A stretch of 43,940 bases of DNA, taken from NCBI GenBank assembly GCA_021776275.1, contig JAJFGH010000048.1, positions 1 to 43,940 on the forward strand, given 5' to 3'. The notes under the pieces were generated by a model. That model saw only the letters and a program-made list of their open reading frames with translations, was not told the DNA's origin and did not search any database. Origin of the DNA: Alphaproteobacteria bacterium (lineage in GTDB: Bacteria; Pseudomonadota; Alphaproteobacteria; GCA-2746255). Position numbers and translations under genes: made by a program. Numbering within the stretch: the stretch's first letter is position 1; each line of letters begins with the position of its first letter. This document shows positions 28,834-37,278 of this stretch, piece after piece.

Positions 28834-28850
28834 GAAGATTTTAAGGCAAA

Positions 28851-29639
28851 ATGGCGCAAACCAAGGCCATGAAGAAAGAAGAAAAGTCCTCGGACAGCCC
28901 GCGGCTTGTTTCGGACAATGCCGGGCTCCGGGCGGTGAAACTGGGCAAACGTTTCAAGAAGCGGCCGGTGCTGCGCGAGGTTAGCCTCAGCGTCCAGCGA
29001 AGCGAGGCGGTCGGGCTTTTGGGGCCAAACGGCGCCGGCAAGACAACCTGCTTTCACATCATCACCGGGCTGATCACGCCCGATTACGGGCGCATTTTTC
29101 TGGACGGCGAAAGCGTCGGCGAGCTTCCCATGTACCGCCGCGCGCGCCTGGGCGTTGGGTATTTGCCGCAGGAGATGTCAATCTTTCGCGGGCTTTCCGT
29201 CGAAGACAACATTCGCGCCGTTCTTGAAGGGGTGGAGCCGGAACGCGAGGCGCGCGAGACGATCCTCGAAGATCTATTGGCCGAGTTTTCGATTACCCAT
29301 TTGCGCCGCACGCCGGCCCTTGCCCTTTCCGGCGGCGAAAGACGGCGCGTCGAAATTGCACGCGCCTTGGCATCGCAACCGCATTTCATTTTATTGGACG
29401 AACCGCTGGCCGGGATCGACCCGATTGCCGTCGGCGACATTCGCGACCTCGTTTCCCATTTGAAGGATCGCGGCATCGGCGTTCTGATTACGGATCATAA
29501 CGTCCGCGAAACCCTCGAGATCGTGGACCGTGCCTACATCCTTCACGATGGCATGGTGTTGATGGAAGGTTCCCCTTCCGAGATCGTCGCGCATGAGGAT
29601 GTGCGTCGCGTTTATCTCGGGGAACGATTTAGTCTTTAA
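28851..29639 (+). CDS. lptB: LPS export ABC transporter ATP-binding protein LptB
   Basis: Walker [10 protein letters not shown], signature [15 protein letters not shown] and Walker B ILLDEP. Confidence 0.92.
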   Translation: MAQTKAMKKEEKSSDSPRLVSDNAGLRAVKLGKRFKKRPVLREVSLSVQRSEAVGLLGPNGAGKTTCFHIITGLITPDYGRIFLDGESVGELPMYRRARLGVGYLPQEMSIFRGLSVEDNIRAVLEGVEPEREARETILEDLLAEFSITHLRRTPALALSGGERRRVEIARALASQPHFILLDEPLAGIDPIAVGDIRDLVSHLKDRGIGVLITDHNVRETLEIVDRAYILHDGMVLMEGSPSEIVAHEDVRRVYLGERFSL

Positions 29640-29654
29640 CGGTTGGTAGGCGCC

Positions 29655-31103
29655 ATGGCTCTGACCCAACGCCTCGATCTTCGGCAATCGCAATCCCTTG
29701 TCATGACGCCGCAATTGCAGCAGGCGATCAAGCTGCTGCAATTGTCGAATTTCGAACTCGCCACGTTCCTTGAAACGGAGGTGGAACGCAATCCGCTGCT
29801 GGAATTCGATGAAGGCGGCGGGGACACACCGGAGACGGCACCGGAAGAGGGGCCTGCGCCGACCGAGACAGCGCCGCTGGATGGCGATTTCGCAGAAAAT
29901 TGGGAAAGCGAAGGCGCCGGCTATGAAGGCGATGCCGGTCTTGGCGGCTCTTGGGGAAGCGGGCAAGGCGGAAATTTTAGCGGCGAAGCGCCGAGCCTCG
30001 AACAGACGCTTTCCGGCGAGATCAGCCTTCGCGAACATCTTCTTGGGCAGTTGAACGTCGACCTCAACGACCCCATTGACCGGGTGATCGGCCGCCATCT
30101 CATCAACCTTCTTGACGAATCGGGCTATCTCACCGGCACGGTTTCCGGCATCGCGGAACAGCTTGGCTGCGACGTGGCGCGGGTGGAAGCCACGTTAGGC
30201 GTCCTGCAGGATTTCGACCCGCCCGGCGTTTTCGCGCGCGATCTGCGCGAGTGCCTCGCCATTCAATTGCGCGAGCGCGACCGGCTCGACCCGGCGATGG
30301 CGTGCATGCTTGAAAATCTCGACCTTCTGGCGCGCCACGAGACGGCCCGGCTGATGAAGCTTTGCCAGGTGGACAAGGAAGATTTGGTCGACATGATCTC
30401 GGAGATCCGTTCGCTGGACCCAAAGCCGGGGCTGGTGTTCGATGCAGCGGTGGCCCAGGCCATCATTCCCGACGTTCTCATGCGTCCCCAGCAGGGCGGC
30501 GGCTGGCTTGTCGAATTGAACGCCGAATCCCTTCCAAGGGTCCTCGTCAACAACGCTTATTATCAGCGTGTCAGCGGCGAGGCGCAGAAGAAAGAAGAAA
30601 AGGAATACATTTCCGAACAATTTCAATCGGCAAGCTGGCTGGTAAAATCCCTGCACCAGCGGGCGACAACGATCTTGCGCGTCGCAAGCGAGATCGTCCG
30701 TCAGCAGGACGCTTTTTTCCGTCATGGGGTTCAGCATCTTCGCCCTCTCGTGCTGCGCGACATCGCAACCGTCATCGACATGCACGAAAGTACGGTAAGC
30801 CGGGTTACCGCGAACAAATTTCTTCTTACGCCGCGTGGCGTTTACGAACTGAAATATTTCTTCACGGCGTCGATCGCCGGAACCGGCGAAGGCGAAACCC
30901 ATTCCGCCGAGGCCGTCCGCCAGCGGATCAAGACATTGATCCACGCCGAGAAGCCGGACGCGGTTTTTTCCGATGATAAAATCGTCGAAATTCTGCGGGC
31001 CGATGACATCGAAATTGCCCGGCGAACCGTTGCAAAATACCGCGAAGCTCTAGGGATTCCGTCTTCCGTTCAGCGCCGCCGCCAGAAGGCATCGGTGCTG
31101 TAG
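29655..31103 (+). CDS. rpoN: RNA polymerase sigma-54 factor
   Basis: Region I (LRQSQSLVMTPQLQQAIKLLQLS), an acidic region II, and the RpoN box (ARRTVAKYREALGIPSS). Confidence 0.95.
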   Translation: MALTQRLDLRQSQSLVMTPQLQQAIKLLQLSNFELATFLETEVERNPLLEFDEGGGDTPETAPEEGPAPTETAPLDGDFAENWESEGAGYEGDAGLGGSWGSGQGGNFSGEAPSLEQTLSGEISLREHLLGQLNVDLNDPIDRVIGRHLINLLDESGYLTGTVSGIAEQLGCDVARVEATLGVLQDFDPPGVFARDLRECLAIQLRERDRLDPAMACMLENLDLLARHETARLMKLCQVDKEDLVDMISEIRSLDPKPGLVFDAAVAQAIIPDVLMRPQQGGGWLVELNAESLPRVLVNNAYYQRVSGEAQKKEEKEYISEQFQSASWLVKSLHQRATTILRVASEIVRQQDAFFRHGVQHLRPLVLRDIATVIDMHESTVSRVTANKFLLTPRGVYELKYFFTASIAGTGEGETHSAEAVRQRIKTLIHAEKPDAVFSDDKIVEILRADDIEIARRTVAKYREALGIPSSVQRRRQKASVL

Positions 31104-31111
31104 CCCCCCTA

Positions 31112-31140
31112 TTGACTTGGGTGGTGGCCGGCACTATCGT
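31112..31140 (+). promoter_or_regulatory. Candidate sigma-70 promoter for ptsN (TTGACT-N17-TATCGT)
   Basis: Hexamers with a 17-nt spacer, immediately after the rpoN stop and about 100 nt upstream of the ptsN ATG. Confidence 0.35.
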
Positions 31141-31242
31141 CCCGCCGCGCTCAAATGCGCCACATTGCAATCGCATAGCGATCAAACCATTCGATCCAAA
31201 TCACGGCCAGGGGTTGGTGCTGCAAGGCACCCGGAACCAATT

Positions 31243-31707
31243 ATGGAAGTTACGGATCTGATCACGCCGGAAAGCGTGATTCTAAACTTGCGGGCAACCA
31301 GCAAGAAACAGGCTCTCCAGGAGCTTGCCCAGAGGGCGGCCAAGATCACCGGCCTGCATGAGCGGGCCATCTTCGACGTTTTGCTCGAACGCGAAAAGCT
31401 GGGCACGACCGGCGTCGGCGCCGGCGTGGCCATCCCCCATGGCAAGCTGGATGCAGTGGAAACGCTTTGCGGCGTTTTCGCAAAGCTGGAGAAACCGATC
31501 GACTTCGAAGCGATCGACGAGCGTCCCGTCGATTTAATCTTCATGCTGCTGGCGCCCGAATCGGCCGGTGCCGATCATTTGAAGGCCCTGGCGCGAATTT
31601 CGCGGCTCCTTCGGGACGAAACGATCTGCACGAAACTGCGCGGCTTCGACACGGTTGAAGCGATTTATGCGCTGCTTATCGGCGCGGACGAAGCCGGCGG
31701 CAGTTAA
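31243..31707 (+). CDS. ptsN: PTS IIA-Ntr (nitrogen regulatory protein PtsN)
   Basis: EIIA-Fru/Ntr fold with the phospho-His motif GVAIPHGK, located downstream of rpoN. Confidence 0.88.
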   Translation: MEVTDLITPESVILNLRATSKKQALQELAQRAAKITGLHERAIFDVLLEREKLGTTGVGAGVAIPHGKLDAVETLCGVFAKLEKPIDFEAIDERPVDLIFMLLAPESAGADHLKALARISRLLRDETICTKLRGFDTVEAIYALLIGADEAGGS

Positions 31708-31720
31708 GGCCAAAGAAAAA

Positions 31721-31754
31721 GGCGGGAGCTTTCGCCCCCGCCCGACGGTTTTTT
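31721..31754. terminator. Bidirectional intrinsic terminator between convergent ptsN and the hsp20 operon
   Basis: GGCGGGAGC-TTTC-GCCCCCGCC stem (9 bp, one mismatch). It is flanked by AAAGAAAAA on the 5' side and followed by a T6 run 6 nt downstream on the + strand. Confidence 0.55.
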
Positions 31755-31790
31755 GCAAACCTCGTTTTATGAAATTTTTTGCAGTCCGCG

Positions 31791-32015
31791 TCAGTGCAGG
31801 CTGACGGGACGCATGTCGTTTTCCAGGATCGCCGCATGGGCAAGGAGCAACTCATCCAGCACGGCGAGCTGCGTGCCATCGGCGGCGTGAATGGCGTAGC
31901 CCTGTCCGCCATCCGCCTGGATGGTGATCGGGCGTACATAGGCGACGTGCTGCAAGCCCAGGGAGGCAAAGTCGTCGCCGGAGAGTCGCCGCAATTGTTC
32001 GTTTTTGTTGATCAT
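31791..32015 (-). CDS. small conserved protein, DUF1150-like, co-operonic with hsp20
   Basis: 74 aa (..LGLQHVAYVRPI..DG...YAIHAADGT.LA...). GGAG SD starts right after the hsp20 stop, with a 13-nt gap. The family assignment is from memory of the Hsp20-DUF1150 pairing in alphaproteobacteria. Confidence 0.55.
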   Translation of the reverse strand: MINKNEQLRRLSGDDFASLGLQHVAYVRPITIQADGGQGYAIHAADGTQLAVLDELLLAHAAILENDMRPVSLH

Positions 32016-32028
32016 CGATGTCGCTCCG

Positions 32029-32487
32029 TTACACCGCCGCCTTTTCCGACCGCACGTCGATCGTCGGCGGCGTGCGATTCTCGCGGATGGTCACCTTGCG
32101 GACCCGGTCGTCGACGCTTGGCCGGACCAGGTCGATGTGCAGAAGGCCGTTGTCGTAGGAGGCGTCCGTTACCTCGATGCCTTCGGCAAGCACGAAGCGC
32201 CGCTGGAATTTGCGGGTTGCGATTCCGTGGTAATGAAATTTGCGGTTTTCTTCCTCTTCCTTCTGGCCGCCCTCGATGACCAGTTCGTTGCCCTCGATGG
32301 CAACGTTTAAATGGGTGGCGTCAAAACCGGCAACGGCCAGGGTGATGCGAAGCCCGCCGTCTTCCAATTGCTCGATGTTGTAGGGCGGGTACCCTTCGTT
32401 CGCGGCCTTTGTGGCGCGATCCAGGGTGCGCTCGAATTGATCGAATCCAAGCAGAAAGGGGCTGTCAAAAAGCGAAAAGCGTGTCAT
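32029..32487 (-). CDS. small heat-shock protein, Hsp20/alpha-crystallin family
   Basis: YPPYNIE...RITLAVAGF....L.V......L.I.G........HYHGIATRKFQRRF.L........A....GLL.I.L is an IbpA-like ACD. GAGGAG SD lies 7 nt upstream of the ATG at 32487. Confidence 0.88.
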   Translation of the reverse strand: MTRFSLFDSPFLLGFDQFERTLDRATKAANEGYPPYNIEQLEDGGLRITLAVAGFDATHLNVAIEGNELVIEGGQKEEEENRKFHYHGIATRKFQRRFVLAEGIEVTDASYDNGLLHIDLVRPSVDDRVRKVTIRENRTPPTIDVRSEKAAV

Positions 32488-32578
32488 GTGCCATCTCCTC
32501 GAAAATGAGCAAGGTGCAAATGGGTCCGGCTTGTCCGGCGCCCGGTCGTGGCGGCCCGTTCGGCACCGCCATGCTGCT
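32488..32578 (-). ncRNA. ROSE-like RNA thermometer (5' UTR of hsp20)
   Basis: A multi-hairpin leader. The last hairpin, CCUUGCUC-AUUUUC-GAGGAGAUGG, pairs the UUGCUC motif with the SD, leaving a G opposite G. This is the hallmark ROSE architecture. Confidence 0.55.
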
Positions 32579-32584
32579 ATGGCG

Positions 32585-32614
32585 CTATTTGGGAGGTGGG
32601 GCGTAAAAATCAAG
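32585..32614 (-). promoter_or_regulatory. Sigma-32 (RpoH)-type heat-shock promoter
   Basis: The minus strand reads CCCCCTTGAT-N14-TCCCAAATA, compared with the consensus CCCTTGAA-N13-15-CCCCATNTA. Confidence 0.5.
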
Positions 32615-32662
32615 GGGGCGGCCCAGATAAGGGCCTTTGGCGTGGGCTTGCGTTTCGGGGGG

Positions 32663-32738
<76 letters not shown>

Positions 32739-32842
32739 GAATGTTTCTTGCGGCTGGGGTTCCGCCTTGCCCGCCTGACCCAGCCCGGAGAGGGGCCGCA
32801 AGGGTGGGGGCTTCGGCCGGTGAGGGCAAGCGAAAAACGCGG

Positions 32843-33211
32843 CTAGCTTTTCTCAAGCCGAATGGGCGGATCGAGCACTTGCGTCACGTCTTCCGCATCG
32901 TCATCCAGATCGGCGCTGCCCGGGATCAAGTCTTCGTCGTCTTCCGCACCGTCAATCGCAATTTTATCGATCTCGGCATCGAAATCGTCGTCCTCCGCAT
33001 CGGCGTTGCCCTTGATGGCGGCGGGCACTGATTTCGGCGGCGCACTGATTTCGGCTTCCTTCGCCTTGCGGTCGCGCTTGGCTTTTGACGGCGGCTCGCT
33101 GGCCTCGACCGTGCCGCATTTCGGGCAGGTGGGAAGCGCGGCCCCCATATCGTAATAACGGGCGCCGCAGCTAGTGCAGAGGTGCTTCTTGCCCCAATCC
33201 GGTCTTTCCAC
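32843..33211 (-). CDS. FYDLN_acid-type zinc-ribbon protein with acidic tail (function unknown)
   Basis: CTSC-x-RYYDMG-x7-CPKC is followed by a Lys-rich stretch and then a long Asp/Glu-rich tail. GTG start. It is divergent from aroA. Confidence 0.7.
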   Translation of the reverse strand: MERPDWGKKHLCTSCGARYYDMGAALPTCPKCGTVEASEPPSKAKRDRKAKEAEISAPPKSVPAAIKGNADAEDDDFDAEIDKIAIDGAEDDEDLIPGSADLDDDAEDVTQVLDPPIRLEKS

Positions 33212-33377
33212 TTTTGCCGATCCTTAAGCCGGGTGAAACTGTCTAAGCCCTTTGCCACGATCGTTTCCGTCTGTCAAAACGAATTTGCGGGCGGCGCGCA
33301 TTTCTTTGCCCTGCGTGGCGCCGGGGCCGCCGCATGTGGTAAAGATTGCCGAAAGCCCAGCTTACCCGAGGCCCGTC

Positions 33378-34709
33378 ATGCATCCGCTTCAATCCGCCGC
33401 CGCCGGCCCGCTTTGCGGCACGGTTTCCGTTCCGGGAGACAAATCGATCTCGCACCGGGCGCTTCTGCTGGCGGCCATGGCCATCGGCGAAACCGAGATC
33501 GAGGGCCTGTTGGAGGCGGACGACGTGCGGCGGACGGCCGCCGCCTTGCGCATGCTTGGAGTTGAAATCATCGAGGTCGGCGGCGGCATCTGGCGCCTTC
33601 ATGGCGTCGGCGTCGGCGGCCTGGCCGAGCCCGACGACGTTCTCGATTTTGGCAATTCCGGTACCGGCGCGCGGCTAACCGCAGGCCTGCTTGCCACCCA
33701 CCCCTTCACAAGCTTTCTCACCGGCGACGCCTCCTTGCGCCGCCGCCCGATGGCCAGGATTGTCCAGCCCCTGGCCGAGATGGGCGCGCGCTTCATCGGC
33801 CGTTCGGGATCGCGCCTGCCGCTGAGCATTCTCGGAACGAACGAGCCGATGCCGATTTCCTACACCTTGCCCGTGGCCTCCGCCCAGGTGAAATCGGCGG
33901 TTCTGCTGGCGGGGCTGAACGCGCCTGGCCGGACGCGCGTGATCGAGCCGGTGCCGACGCGCGATCACACGGAACGGCTCCTGCGCCATTTCGGCATGCC
34001 GCTCCGGACCGACGCCGGACCGGACGGCAGCCGCATCGTGGAATTGGAGGGGCAGCCGGAAATCCATGCGCGGAACTTGGCCGTGCCCTCGGACCCGTCT
34101 TCGGGGGCCTTTCTCGCGGCGGCGGCCCTGCTTGTGCCCGGTTCGGACATCACGCTTCGCCGCCTGGGGGCCAATCCGCTTCGCACCGGCTTTTATACGA
34201 CCCTTGCGGAAATGGGAGCGGCGCTCGATTGGCAGGCGCCCCGGGAAGAGGGCGGCGAACCGGTCGCCGATCTTCACGTGCAAGCCTCTTCCTTGAAAGC
34301 GGTCGACGTGCCGGCGGCCAGGGCGCCCTCGATGATTGACGAATACCCGGTTCTTGCCGTCGCGGCGGCGGCGGCGGAAGGCACGACGGTCCTGAACGGC
34401 CTGGCCGAGCTTCGCGTGAAGGAAAGCGACCGGCTGGCGGCGATTGCCGCGGGCCTTCGGGCCTGCGGCGTCGAAGTGGAAGAGGGCGAGGACCGTCTCG
34501 TCATTCATGGGCAGGGCGGCAGGCTGGTCGGCGGCGGAAAGGTGCATACCCAAATGGATCACCGCATCGCCATGGCGTTTTTGACCTTCGGCATGGCCGC
34601 CGAGCGGCCCGTGCAAATCGACGATGGCGCCATGATCGACACCAGTTTTCCGGGCTTTGTCGATCTGATGAACGGGATCGGCGCGCGGATCACAGGGCCC
34701 GGCGCGTGA
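33378..34709 (+). CDS. aroA: 3-phosphoshikimate 1-carboxyvinyltransferase (EPSP synthase)
   Basis: VPGDKSISHRALLLAA, LDFGNSGTGARL and ...LRVKESDRLAA motifs are present. The ATG at 33378 was chosen over the ORF-track start at 33252. Confidence 0.93.
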   Translation: MHPLQSAAAGPLCGTVSVPGDKSISHRALLLAAMAIGETEIEGLLEADDVRRTAAALRMLGVEIIEVGGGIWRLHGVGVGGLAEPDDVLDFGNSGTGARLTAGLLATHPFTSFLTGDASLRRRPMARIVQPLAEMGARFIGRSGSRLPLSILGTNEPMPISYTLPVASAQVKSAVLLAGLNAPGRTRVIEPVPTRDHTERLLRHFGMPLRTDAGPDGSRIVELEGQPEIHARNLAVPSDPSSGAFLAAAALLVPGSDITLRRLGANPLRTGFYTTLAEMGAALDWQAPREEGGEPVADLHVQASSLKAVDVPAARAPSMIDEYPVLAVAAAAAEGTTVLNGLAELRVKESDRLAAIAAGLRACGVEVEEGEDRLVIHGQGGRLVGGGKVHTQMDHRIAMAFLTFGMAAERPVQIDDGAMIDTSFPGFVDLMNGIGARITGPGA

Positions 34710-35374
34710 CGGGAAATGGCCGCGTCATCGCCGTCGATGGGCCGGCGGCGGCGGGCAAGGGCACATTGGCGCGGCGTCTGGCCGAGGCGCTCGATTATGC
34801 TCATCTCGACACCGGGCTTCTCTATCGGGCAATCGGCCTTGCCTTGCTGCGGGCGGGCGCGGACCCGGCCGAAGAGGCCGCCGCCGTTGCCGCCGCGGAA
34901 AGGCTGGAAACCCTAGATCTAGGGGATCCGGAGCTCCGGCAGGATCATGTAGCGGCTGCGGCCACAAAACTGGCCGTTTTTCCGGCGGTCCGCGACCAAT
35001 TGCTCCGTTTTCAGCGCGATTTCGCCGCCCGGCCGCCCGGGGGCAAAAAAGGGGCCGTCATCGAGGGCCGGGACATCGGGACCGTCGTTCTGCCCGATGC
35101 CCCCTGCAAGCTTTTCCTTACGGCCAGCTTGGAAGTGCGGGCGGAACGCCGCCTTAAGGAGTTGCGGGAACGGGGTGTGGAGAGTATACGTAGCAGCCGG
35201 ATTTTGAAGGAGATGCGTGAGCGCGACGCACGGGATCAAAATCGGGCCGTCGCGCCTCTTCGTCCTGCGGAAGGTGCGGTGACCATCGATACGACCGAGC
35301 TGGACGCAGACGCCGCCTTCGAAGCAGCGATGAACATCATTCGATCGCAGCGGCCGTTTCTCGACAAGGGCTGA
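34706..35374 (+). CDS. cmk: cytidylate kinase
   Basis: P-loop IAVDGPAAAGKGT...LDTGLLYRA. The GTG start overlaps the aroA stop (GTGA). Confidence 0.9.
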   Translation: MTGNGRVIAVDGPAAAGKGTLARRLAEALDYAHLDTGLLYRAIGLALLRAGADPAEEAAAVAAAERLETLDLGDPELRQDHVAAAATKLAVFPAVRDQLLRFQRDFAARPPGGKKGAVIEGRDIGTVVLPDAPCKLFLTASLEVRAERRLKELRERGVESIRSSRILKEMRERDARDQNRAVAPLRPAEGAVTIDTTELDADAAFEAAMNIIRSQRPFLDKG

Positions 35375-35431
35375 CCTGAATGGAAGGTGCCTGGTCGAAG
35401 TTTGCCGTTGCGAGTTGGGAGAGAAGAGTAA

Positions 35432-37219
35432 GTGCCGGAACAATCGATAGTTGAAGATGCGCCTCCCGTAATGGGAGAAAGCTTTGCCGCCCTTTTGGAA
35501 GAGTCGTTGGGGGTGGAGAAGAGCCTTGAAGGCAGTGTCATCAAAGGCACGGTCTTGGGAATCGATAACGATCTGGTGTTGATCGATGTCGGTCTGAAGG
35601 CGGAAGGCTATGTCGCACTGAAAGAATTTTCCGACGCGGGGTTGCCGCCGGAGATCAAGACGGGGGACGTGGTTGATGTCTACCTCGTCCGCATGGAAAA
35701 CAAGAACGGCGAGGCCATCCTCAGCCGCGAAAAGGCCCGCCGCGAAGAGGCGTGGAACCTTCTCGAAGAATCCTTCAACGAGGGCCACCATGTGTCGGGC
35801 GTTATCTTCGGCCGCGTGAAGGGCGGCTTTACGGTGGATCTTTCGGGCGCGGTGGCGTTCCTGCCGGGCAGCCAGGTGGACCTTCGTCCCATTCGCGACG
35901 TCAACCATCTCATGGGCCCGCCGCAAACCTTCCAAATTCTCAAGATGGATCGCCGGCGCAGCAACATCGTGGTTTCGCGCCGCGCCGTCCTCGAAGAATC
36001 CCGTGCCTCGGCGCGCACCGAACTCATTTCCGACCTGCAAGAAGGGCAGGTTCGCGAAGGCGTGGTGAAGAACATCACCGACTATGGCGCTTTCGTCGAT
36101 TTGGGCGGCGTGGACGGCCTGTTGCACGTAACGGACATCGCCTGGCGGCGGATCAACCATCCTACCGAAGTGCTGAACATCGGCGAGACGGTGAAGGTAA
36201 AGGTTATTCGCTTCAACCCGGAGACCCAGCGCATCAGCCTTGGCATGAAGCAGCTTGAGGCGGATCCGTGGGAAGGCGTCCAAGCCAAATACCAGGTTGG
36301 CAGCGTCTTTACCGGACGCGTCACGAACATCACCGACTATGGCGCCTTCGTCGAGCTTGAACCCGGCGTAGAAGGGTTGGTCCACGTCTCGGAAATGAGC
36401 TGGACGAAAAAGAACGTTCATCCGGGCAAGATCATTTCGACCAGCCAGGAAGTCGAAGTCAAAGTGCTGGACGTCGATTACGAGCGCCGGCGCATCAGTC
36501 TCGGCCTCAAGCAATGCACCCAGAACCCCTGGGAAGAATTCCGCGAGACCTATACGGCAGGCACCGTCGTCGAAGGGGAAATCAAGAACATTACCGAGTT
36601 TGGCATGTTTGTCGGTCTGACCGACGACATCGACGGCATGGTGCATCTTTCCGATCTTGATTGGACCCGTCCCGGCGAAGAAGTCCTGGCAGAGTTCAAC
36701 AAGGGGGACCAGGTCAAGGCGAAGGTGCTGGAAGTCGATATCGAGAAAGAGCGCGTCAGCCTCGGCATCAAGCAGCTTACGGAAGACCCCTATCGCGGCA
36801 GCGCCAGCGAATTGAAAAAGGGCAGCCGTGTCACCTGTACGGTGACGTCCGTTTCGGACAAGGGGGTCGACGTGCAGGTTGGCGAAGTGATGGCTTTCCT
36901 GCGCAAGGGCGATCTGTCGCGCGACCGCAGCGAACAGCGGCCCGACCGTTTTGCCCCCGGCGACAAAATCGATGCGTTGGTGACGGCCTTCGATCCGAAG
37001 AGCCGCAAGCTTTCCCTCTCGATCAAGACCCTCGAGGTGCAGGAGGAAAAGAAAGCGATGGCGCAATATGGTTCCTCCGACAGCGGGGCGAGCCTGGGCG
37101 ACATCTTGGGCGCGGCCATTAACAAAAAATCCGCCGAGAGCGCCGAGGAAGAAAAAAAGAAGGCACCGACCGATAGCGTCGAAGACGCAGACGGCGATGC
37201 CAAGGAAGAGGACGCATAA
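35432..37219 (+). CDS. rpsA: 30S ribosomal protein S1
   Basis: Six S1 OB-fold repeats (e.g. G.V..I...GAFV.L..GV.GL.H.S), ..SFAALLEES near the N-terminus, and an acidic C-terminal tail. GTG at 35432 follows GGGAGAGAAGAG. The ATG at 35471 is the alternative. Confidence 0.92.
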   Translation: MPEQSIVEDAPPVMGESFAALLEESLGVEKSLEGSVIKGTVLGIDNDLVLIDVGLKAEGYVALKEFSDAGLPPEIKTGDVVDVYLVRMENKNGEAILSREKARREEAWNLLEESFNEGHHVSGVIFGRVKGGFTVDLSGAVAFLPGSQVDLRPIRDVNHLMGPPQTFQILKMDRRRSNIVVSRRAVLEESRASARTELISDLQEGQVREGVVKNITDYGAFVDLGGVDGLLHVTDIAWRRINHPTEVLNIGETVKVKVIRFNPETQRISLGMKQLEADPWEGVQAKYQVGSVFTGRVTNITDYGAFVELEPGVEGLVHVSEMSWTKKNVHPGKIISTSQEVEVKVLDVDYERRRISLGLKQCTQNPWEEFRETYTAGTVVEGEIKNITEFGMFVGLTDDIDGMVHLSDLDWTRPGEEVLAEFNKGDQVKAKVLEVDIEKERVSLGIKQLTEDPYRGSASELKKGSRVTCTVTSVSDKGVDVQVGEVMAFLRKGDLSRDRSEQRPDRFAPGDKIDALVTAFDPKSRKLSLSIKTLEVQEEKKAMAQYGSSDSGASLGDILGAAINKKSAESAEEEKKKAPTDSVEDADGDAKEEDA

Positions 37220-37278
37220 GGGCGCCCGGCATCCGAACCTGTCCCTGGTGTCCACACCTCGAGGCCTAGATTGCCGCC

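Noticed and set aside
31215-31229. Sigma-54-like GG-N10-GC element (TGGTGCTGCAAGGCA) just before ptsN
   Set aside because: The -12 region is AGGC rather than TTGC, and the element ends only about 14 nt before the ptsN ATG, overlapping where the SD should be. It is most likely a chance match.
31104-31242. Hidden hpf/yhbH gene between rpoN and ptsN
   Set aside because: The spacer is only 139 nt and no frame encodes an Hpf-like peptide. The in-frame extension of ptsN (MGGGRHYRPAALK...) has no family features.
34919-37255. 778-aa ORF on the minus strand covering cmk and rpsA
   Set aside because: It is exactly antisense to a clear six-repeat S1 protein and cmk. The product is low-complexity, rich in Arg/Ala/Gly/Phe, with no recognisable motifs. 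This is a typical high-GC shadow ORF.
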